Below, piece by piece: positions 57,352 through 64,000 of a stretch of 64,000 bases of DNA. Numbering within the stretch: the first letter of the stretch is position 1; each line of letters opens with the position of its first letter. The stretch spans positions 2,944,001 through 3,008,000 of the forward strand of contig OZ219753.1 of NCBI GenBank assembly GCA_964291315.2, read 5' to 3'. Origin of the DNA: Candidatus Poribacteria bacterium (GTDB taxonomy: Bacteria > Poribacteria > WGA-4E > WGA-3G). The notes below the pieces were generated by a model that searched no databases, was not told the origin of the DNA, and saw only the letters and a list, made by a program, of their open reading frames with translations. Position numbers and translations under genes: made by a program.

Positions 57352-58202
57352 GTTCCCCGGCAACCGATGCGAATCAAGAATACGTGTTTCGGCGGTTACG
57401 TCGACACCGTTCTGCTATCATCGGTGCCTCTATTATCCTATTTCTTGTGTTGGTTGCCATTTTTGCCCCGTTCATCGCGACGCATGATCCGAGGCATGCC
57501 GATGTCGCTGAACGGCTTAAAGGTTGGTCAGCTGCCCACTATCTCGGCACCGATGGGGTTGGACGCGACATTTTCAGCAGGGTCGTCTACGGGACGCGCA
57601 TCTCGCTGAAGGTTGGACTGATCGCGATGACCTTCTCGCTCGGGTTTGGCACGTTGTTCGGGGCAATCGCTGGGTATTACGGTGGTAAACTCGACAACCT
57701 GACTATGCGACTCATGGACATGATGCTTGCGATGCCGAGCATCCTCCTTGCAATGGTTATTGTCACTATTTTAGGACAGAGTCTCACGAATGCGATCATC
57801 GCTGTTTCGATTGTTTATATCCCGCAATATGCTCGAATTTTACGGGCTGCTGTCCTGAAAGTTCGCGAATTAGACTACGTCGTCGCTGCGCGGGTGATAG
57901 GTGCGAGCGACCTCCGTATCCTGCTGACGACTGTTCTCCCGAACTGTATCGCCCCTCTGATTGTGCAAGCCACTTTGGGGATTGGTGCAGCGATTCTAGA
58001 CGCGGCGGGGCTCAGTTTTTTAGGACTCGGCGCGGAGATCGGTGAACCGGAGTGGGGGGCGATGCTCAATGAAAACAGAAAGTTTATCCGCCGCGCCCCG
58101 CTTACCGTCACTGCTCCGGGGATCGCTATTTTTCTTATCGTTTTAGGGTTCAACCTCCTCGGTGATGCCCTCCGGGACGTGCTTGACCCACAGATAGATT
58201 GA
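57348..58202 (+). CDS. dppC: Dipeptide/oligopeptide ABC transporter permease, DppC/OppC type
   Basis: HYLGTDGVGRDIFSRVVYG, LSFLGLG, PEWGAML and FNLLGDALRD motifs; ATGA overlap with dppB. Confidence 0.9.
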   Translation: MSSPATDANQEYVFRRLRRHRSAIIGASIILFLVLVAIFAPFIATHDPRHADVAERLKGWSAAHYLGTDGVGRDIFSRVVYGTRISLKVGLIAMTFSLGFGTLFGAIAGYYGGKLDNLTMRLMDMMLAMPSILLAMVIVTILGQSLTNAIIAVSIVYIPQYARILRAAVLKVRELDYVVAARVIGASDLRILLTTVLPNCIAPLIVQATLGIGAAILDAAGLSFLGLGAEIGEPEWGAMLNENRKFIRRAPLTVTAPGIAIFLIVLGFNLLGDALRDVLDPQID

Positions 58203-58305
58203 GAGTAGTTGTCAAGAAGCCTTGTTGTAGATGTCGACTGCAGTAGTCGTTTATAAATAGATAATTCTGCTTGATATTTTCAGTCGTTTGAGATACCCTA
58301 TCTAC

Positions 58306-59127
58306 ATGCCAACAAACGTTCCCAAAAAACAGATTCAATCCACGGGCAATTTTCGTGCTCTTCCTGTCGACGTGCCGGAGAATTTGACTAACATCCGAGT
58401 CATTCTTTCTGAACCGCGCGAGCCCGGAAACATCGGCTCAGTCGCCCGGGTTGTAAAAGGAATGGGGTTGTCACAGCTCTATTTAGTGAACCCTGTCTCA
58501 TTCCAGGATGTGGATGCCTCGTGGTATATGGCGCACGGTGCACAAGATATTCTTGAAAGCTGCCACGTCGTGGCAGAGCTCAAAGATGCACTTGAGGGTA
58601 TCCAATATCTTGTCGGAACGACACACCGTCGCCGCGATATCCGTCTGCCACAACCTGTTTCTGCCCGTGAGGCTGCACAGACAATCGCTGCCATTTCGCA
58701 AGATAAATGCGTTGCGCTCCTATTCGGACGCGAAGATTTTGGTTTGTCTACGGATCAACTCAGTCTGTGCCAATTGACGGCAAGCGTGCCTATGGCTACC
58801 AAAAACCCGTCTCTGAACCTGGCGCAAGCGGTCCAAATTTTCGCCTATGAGGTTTTCGTGGCGAGTTTAGAGGAGTACCCGCCGTCCGAGATAGACTATG
58901 CTGAAATCAACGCCTTAGAAGAATTCTACGCACGCGTCACGCGTCTGCTCGATAAAGTAGGCATGTCGCCGTATAATGGCGAGTGGGAAACGTATCTGAA
59001 GTCGTTGCGGCGTGTCTTCTCCCGCGCCCCCTTGGAGCCGAGGGACATCGCCACACTCGACATGATTTTCTCTACGACGTATCGACATATTGAGCGGTTA
59101 GAGAAAAAAAAGGAAACGACACAGTAA
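58306..59127 (+). CDS. trmJ: TrmJ/LasT family SPOUT tRNA methyltransferase
   Basis: EPGNIGSVAR, LFGREDFGL and PSLNLAQAV motifs. Confidence 0.85.
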   Translation: MPTNVPKKQIQSTGNFRALPVDVPENLTNIRVILSEPREPGNIGSVARVVKGMGLSQLYLVNPVSFQDVDASWYMAHGAQDILESCHVVAELKDALEGIQYLVGTTHRRRDIRLPQPVSAREAAQTIAAISQDKCVALLFGREDFGLSTDQLSLCQLTASVPMATKNPSLNLAQAVQIFAYEVFVASLEEYPPSEIDYAEINALEEFYARVTRLLDKVGMSPYNGEWETYLKSLRRVFSRAPLEPRDIATLDMIFSTTYRHIERLEKKKETTQ

Positions 59128-59213
59128 GTATCTTGCGGTGTTACGGCTTTAACTTTCAGAGAATAGACAATATGCAGTAGAATTTGCAGCACTGCTTTGT
59201 AATAGCGAAAAAG

Positions 59214-60821
59214 ATGAAAACCTTTGGCACCTATGGCCCCGTGAATCCGAGAGAGCATTATGTCGTTTCCCGCACTGCTGAGCTTGCTGACTTCATCAAC
59301 CGCGTCAAGCAGGGCCGGTACATCGTTATCTTCGCGCCCCGGCAGACCGGCAAAACCACGTTTTTTCAATGGGCTCTTGAGGCGCTCGCCGCGGATCCTA
59401 CCAACGTCTATTTCCCTATCGAACTCAATTTTGAAGTGTATGAGGACTATACCGCCCCTGATTTTTATGTCTCACTCTATCAAAGGATTTGTAGGGAAAT
59501 TTTGCGCGTCTTCCGGGAACGACAACGTACGCTCCCTGAAACTTTGAGGCAGCTCTTAGCAGATACAGCGTTAACTGATCACATCGCAATGATGGAATTC
59601 TTTGAACAGCTTGCAGAAATGCTTGCAGGCGACAAGATTATCCTCATCATCGACGAATTTGATGGAATTCCGCGTGCTGTTGTGAGCGGTTTCCTGCACG
59701 CCCTCCGTCACATTTACGTTCACAGTGCTAGACCTCGATGCCTGCACAGTGTCGGGATTGTGGGGGTAAAGAATATCATGCAACTCAACCTGAATAGATC
59801 TATTTCCCCGTTCAATATCCAAGACGAATTTGAACTACCGAATTTCACGTGCAATCAGGTACAGCAGCTCCTTGGACAATATACAGCTGAAACCGGACAA
59901 CCCTTTGCCTCTGGAGTCAGCGAAGCTATTCATAAACAGACGGCCGGACAACCTTTACTCGTCAATCGCTTTGCGCAGATTCTTACCGAACAGATGACTA
60001 TTCCGAAAAGTGAACCTATTACAATGGAACACTTCTCAAACGCCCACGGACAGCTTCTACTCGAACGCAACACAAATATTGAGCATTTGGTGGCGAATAT
60101 TCGTAAGGACCGGCGATTTGAAGACCTCCTTATGAAAATCGTTTCTTATGACGAAGGGATCGCCTTTAATCCGTACAATGAAACTATAAGCGAACTCGCC
60201 ACCTATGGAGTCATTACAAAAGGGAGTGAGGGGCGTTGTGAAATCGTTAACCCAATTTACTATTACTGTATCATGCAAACATTCAAACCTACTGTGAACG
60301 GCTTAGAAAGAGATTACTTTTCCGATGACACCGGCGCAGGATTTCAGAGCTACCTCACCCGCAGTGGACATATCCGCATGCAGGCGCTCCTCGATAATTT
60401 CCGAGACTTTATTGCACGCGTAGGCTTCAAAATTCTTCAAGTGCCTGAAACACCACAAGAATATGTTGGGCAGTACCTACTCTTCGCCTATCTTGAGCAG
60501 TGTGTGCAGAGTGTGGGTGGCATGATGTACCTGGAGGTGCAAACAGGGCGCGGCCGGATGGACATCCTGGTTCTCCATAATCGCCGAAAATATATCGTCG
60601 AAACAAAAATATGGGGCGGAAATGCCCGCTATCAAGCAGGCAAAGTACAACTCGCGGCATATCTCAAACAAGAAAGGGCCGCAGAAGGATACTACCTCGT
60701 CTTCGATCACCGTGCGAAGCCAGAACCCTGTGTAGAAACAGAGACAATAGACGGTTTAACCCTCCGGAGCTACGTCATTCCTGTCGTACAAGAAGTCCCT
60801 TCGCAACAGGCACCTGTGTAA
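59214..60821 (+). CDS. AAA-like ATPase fused to C-terminal PD-(D/E)XK nuclease-like domain
   Basis: Walker A APRQTGKT, Walker B LIIDEFD, SPFNI, TAGQP; C-terminal EVQTGRGRMDI...IVETK; ATG 59214 preferred. Confidence 0.8.
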   Translation: MKTFGTYGPVNPREHYVVSRTAELADFINRVKQGRYIVIFAPRQTGKTTFFQWALEALAADPTNVYFPIELNFEVYEDYTAPDFYVSLYQRICREILRVFRERQRTLPETLRQLLADTALTDHIAMMEFFEQLAEMLAGDKIILIIDEFDGIPRAVVSGFLHALRHIYVHSARPRCLHSVGIVGVKNIMQLNLNRSISPFNIQDEFELPNFTCNQVQQLLGQYTAETGQPFASGVSEAIHKQTAGQPLLVNRFAQILTEQMTIPKSEPITMEHFSNAHGQLLLERNTNIEHLVANIRKDRRFEDLLMKIVSYDEGIAFNPYNETISELATYGVITKGSEGRCEIVNPIYYYCIMQTFKPTVNGLERDYFSDDTGAGFQSYLTRSGHIRMQALLDNFRDFIARVGFKILQVPETPQEYVGQYLLFAYLEQCVQSVGGMMYLEVQTGRGRMDILVLHNRRKYIVETKIWGGNARYQAGKVQLAAYLKQERAAEGYYLVFDHRAKPEPCVETETIDGLTLRSYVIPVVQEVPSQQAPV

Positions 60822-61050
60822 CCTAGGGCGAGAGAAGTTTGCTTCTTCTGGTAGGTGGGATTTAGAAATCACGCCCGGCCCGCTGTAGAAGAAAACTCCG
60901 ATTCCCACCATCTTTCAAATAATTCCGCAACCCCTTAAAACGAAATGAGCCGAGAAGGTTAAAGATTATGGTTGAATCGAAACGCGGATTAAGGTATACT
61001 ATAGCGTAATAATCAGATTTAGCATAGTCGGATCGGAAGGAATCCTTCAG

Positions 61051-63351
61051 ATGATGCGGATTGATAGTCAGGCAAAAACAATTAGGCAATTGCTTGCGAA
61101 CACCAAGTATAAGTTGGATTATTACCAGCGCGAATACAGCTGGCAGACTACACATGTGACAGAGCTTCTTAATGATCTCTCTGACAAATTCTCGTATAGT
61201 TACGAGGTTGAGCATGAAGCTGTTGACGTGGAGGGTTATGAACATTACTTCCTCGGTTCAATTATTATTAGCGACGATAGTGGTCAACGTTACGTTGTTG
61301 ATGGACAGCAACGACTCACAACGTTAACACTTCTCCTTATCAGAATCTACCACTTGTTGGAGGAAGGGGCTCTGAAAAACCAGGTAGACCAGCTTATCTA
61401 CTCGATGAGTTTCGGAAAGGAAGGATTCAACTTGGATGTTCCAGAGTGGCGTGGTGTCATGCAAGCACTCTACGAGGGCAGTTCCTTTGATGAAAGCACC
61501 CAGCCGAAGTCTGTTCAGAACATCGCTCTCCGTTACCGCGACATTGAAAATGACTTCGACATTGAAAAGGAATTTGAGATGCAGAATCAGGCGCTCCCAT
61601 GTTTTGTCTACTGGTTGCTTGAAAATGTCTATTTGGTGGAAATTACTGCCTTCGAATCTAAAGACGCTTACATGATCTTTGAGACAGTGAACGACCGGGG
61701 GTTGTCGCTGACTCCTGCCGATATGCTTCGCGGGTATCTGCTCTCAAATATAGAAGAACCCGAGCTTAGAGATGAATCGAGCAGGGTCTGGGATGAACAG
61801 AGCCAAGCACTCAAACAGCTGGGACAAGAGATGGAATCGAACGTGATCAAGGCCTGGTTGCGCTGTCAGTACGCCAACCACGGACGTGACTTTGACAGGA
61901 TCGGCTCTGAATTTCATCGCTGGGTTCGCGACTCAGAAAGTAACCTACAGCTCTGTTCGGGCAGTGACTTTGCATATTTTATTGAAAGCGATTTCGCCTT
62001 TTACAGTCGTTGGTATCGTCGTTTACAGGCAGCTGGTAAGGAACTTCAGCCAAAACTTGAATCTGTGTTTTACGTCACACAGAACATTACGTTCCACTAT
62101 CCGTTTCTGTTGGCTCCATTGCGCGTTGAAGATTCGGAGGAGGAGTGTATTCGAAAGATACAGATTGTCGCTACATATATTGACATTTTAATCTGCCGCC
62201 GCATATGGAATCTCCTCCCTATAACCCAGAGGCTACTTGTAGATCCGATGTTTCCGCTCATCCCAGCGATTCGAGGCAAGAGCAGCAGCGAATTGAGGGA
62301 TATACTATACGGGCAGTTTGATGCTCAGAATCAAAGCAAAATACCCGGGCCCGAAATACCTGCTTTTGATAGGAATAGTTTATTTTCTTTACAAGGTAAT
62401 AATCTTAAGAAGGTCCACTTTATTCTTGCCCGCATGATTGACTATATAGAGGTCCAATCGGGGAAATCTTCGCGTTACCCAGAGTATGTAAAAAGCACTG
62501 GAAACAATAGCTATGAGATAGAGCATATCTGGGCGAATCACCCCGAGCATCACTTAGATGAATTCCCTCATGAATACGAATTTGACGCATATCGCAATCG
62601 CATAGGCGGTCTGCTCCTTCTACCTAAGAAGAACAACGCCAGTTATGGCGATTTGCCCTATGAAGGAAAGCGTAAGCATTACATCAAGGAGAACTTACTT
62701 GCCCTGAGTCTTCATGAAATAGCTTACGAGAACAATCCTGGTTTTAAACAGTTCATTGAAAAGAGTGGTCTTTCGTTCAAGTCACATTCCAAATTCAAGA
62801 AGGCAGATCTGGACGCGCGCCAAAAACTCTATCTGCAGCTCGCGAAACGGATATGGAATCCCGAGCGGTTAAGGTTAACCTATGCTCAAGAACCTGACCT
62901 CGTTATTGAGGAGGAAGAGACGGAGTACTCTCAAGAACGTGAACCCGCTGTGTGGACAGCAGAGAAAATTAGGAGTTTGATCCCCCCGGAACGGAGACAC
63001 CAATACGAAACCTTATATAATGGAAGTAAGATTTCAGAATTCTATAGGCGTGTTGCTGAATTGCAGGATATGATTCATCAGAGGGGGTGGGACAGAGTTC
63101 GTACCCCGGAATTTCGGCAAAACTATTGTAGTTTTTACGTTAAGTCAAAAGCTGTGTTCGGTGTCAATCTATTTGGGGCACCGAGGTTTTGGATTTTGTT
63201 AACCACAGAAGAAGCTGAACGATTTAGGAGCGCATGTGAATTTGAAGCTCACTATTCACGAGGGACATGGGCTCTTTATCCACAGCATGCCACATTAGAT
63301 GCCCTTCTACCGATCCTTGAATTTGCTTATAAAAAATATGAGAGGTATTGA
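61051..63351 (+). CDS. Fused GmrSD-type (DUF262 + DUF1524 HNH) modification-dependent restriction endonuclease with extra C-terminal domain
   Basis: YQREYSW, VDGQQRLTTL and FETVNDRG (DUF262); EIEHIWA and IGGLLLLPKKNNAS (HNH); ~150-aa tail after an acidic linker. Confidence 0.88.
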   Translation: MMRIDSQAKTIRQLLANTKYKLDYYQREYSWQTTHVTELLNDLSDKFSYSYEVEHEAVDVEGYEHYFLGSIIISDDSGQRYVVDGQQRLTTLTLLLIRIYHLLEEGALKNQVDQLIYSMSFGKEGFNLDVPEWRGVMQALYEGSSFDESTQPKSVQNIALRYRDIENDFDIEKEFEMQNQALPCFVYWLLENVYLVEITAFESKDAYMIFETVNDRGLSLTPADMLRGYLLSNIEEPELRDESSRVWDEQSQALKQLGQEMESNVIKAWLRCQYANHGRDFDRIGSEFHRWVRDSESNLQLCSGSDFAYFIESDFAFYSRWYRRLQAAGKELQPKLESVFYVTQNITFHYPFLLAPLRVEDSEEECIRKIQIVATYIDILICRRIWNLLPITQRLLVDPMFPLIPAIRGKSSSELRDILYGQFDAQNQSKIPGPEIPAFDRNSLFSLQGNNLKKVHFILARMIDYIEVQSGKSSRYPEYVKSTGNNSYEIEHIWANHPEHHLDEFPHEYEFDAYRNRIGGLLLLPKKNNASYGDLPYEGKRKHYIKENLLALSLHEIAYENNPGFKQFIEKSGLSFKSHSKFKKADLDARQKLYLQLAKRIWNPERLRLTYAQEPDLVIEEEETEYSQEREPAVWTAEKIRSLIPPERRHQYETLYNGSKISEFYRRVAELQDMIHQRGWDRVRTPEFRQNYCSFYVKSKAVFGVNLFGAPRFWILLTTEEAERFRSACEFEAHYSRGTWALYPQHATLDALLPILEFAYKKYERY

Positions 63352-63396
63352 GGGCGTTGCCGCTGCGGATGTTTCCGTTGCGAACCCCACTTAAAC

Positions 63397-64000
63397 ATGC
63401 GACACATCAAACCCATCGTCTGGTTGATCTTTATCTTTTCAGGTGCCAGTGGTCTCATTTATCAGGTCATCTGGATGCGCCAACTCACGCTCATCTTCGG
63501 GAGCACTGTCTTCGCGACGAGCACTGTCCTAACAGCGTTCATGGCAGGACTTGCCCTCGGCAGCTTCTATTTCGGTCGGAAGATTGATGAAAGTGGGCGG
63601 TCACCGCTGCGGGTCTACGCACTTCTTGAGGCCGGCATCGGGGCGTTCTGTCTGGTGTGGCCCCTCATTCTATCCGTACTCGGTGCGGTCTATGTGCTAA
63701 TTCATCGCAATATCACATCGGAGTTCTATACCCTCTCCCTGATCCGATTCGTGTTGACGTTCATGGTGATACTGATTCCATCAACACTGATGGGCGGCAC
63801 GCTGCCTGTGCTAACCCGGTTTTTTGTAAAGAAATTGGAGGATCTCGGTACGAACATCGGCGTGCTGTATGCCCTTAACACATTCGGGGCGGTTATTGGA
63901 ACGCTGGCAGCAGGATTTTTTATGATCGAAGCCTTCGGTATTCGATGGACCCTCGGCATCGGCATCGCTATTAACTTCGCTGTGGCAGCGATTGCCCTGG
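63397..64000 (+). CDS. Fused MFS/spermidine-synthase-like membrane protein, 3'-truncated by window edge
   Basis: MRHIKPIVWLIFIFSGASGLIYQVIWMRQLTLIFGST...AFMAGLALGS...LMGGTLP...LYALNTFGA; open to the end of the window. Confidence 0.85.
   Translation, partial: MRHIKPIVWLIFIFSGASGLIYQVIWMRQLTLIFGSTVFATSTVLTAFMAGLALGSFYFGRKIDESGRSPLRVYALLEAGIGAFCLVWPLILSVLGAVYVLIHRNITSEFYTLSLIRFVLTFMVILIPSTLMGGTLPVLTRFFVKKLEDLGTNIGVLYALNTFGAVIGTLAAGFFMIEAFGIRWTLGIGIAINFAVAAIAL

Noticed and set aside
63348-63587. 79-aa ORF overlapping the GmrSD stop as a partner gene
   Set aside because: It overlaps out of frame with the convincing MFS/spermidine-synthase CDS starting at 63397
1-64000. CRISPR array, cas genes, rRNA, integrase or transposase
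   Set aside because: No regularly spaced repeat-spacer pattern and no ORF with such motifs; the only tandem repeat (47029-47100) has two in-frame copies with no spacer

Overview
This is bacterial chromosomal DNA, most likely Candidatus Poribacteria or a relative. That is inferred from the 'NYPNPFNPETWIPYQL' C-terminal sorting domain, the PQQ beta-propellers, CRTAC1/ASPIC, Gfo/Idh/MocA, Uma2 and AAA-PD-(D/E)XK families, and a TTWGSIK motif. Housekeeping genes include dapA, dapF, dusB, purC, mtaB, mutS, a TrmJ-type methylase, a KamA-family radical SAM enzyme, an M16C peptidase, ABC transporter parts and tRNA-Asn(GTT). These are interleaved with many restriction-modification-derived genes: an orphan hsdS, an inverted and internally deleted hsdS relic about 24 kb away, two solitary Dam-family methylases, a Type III-like mod/res locus next to tRNA-Asn, and GmrSD. 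The most notable locus is the Type III-like system (43.2-51.2 kb). Its mod gene is broken by one extra C in a C8 tract, its res gene appears to start at ATA rather than ATG, and a low-GC cassette sits between them. That cassette holds an unannotated Cys/Trp-rich 57-aa peptide ORF, two paralogous lipoproteins and a CxCC membrane peptide. No CRISPR array, rRNA, integrase or transposase was seen. All family assignments come from motif recognition by eye, not database searches.
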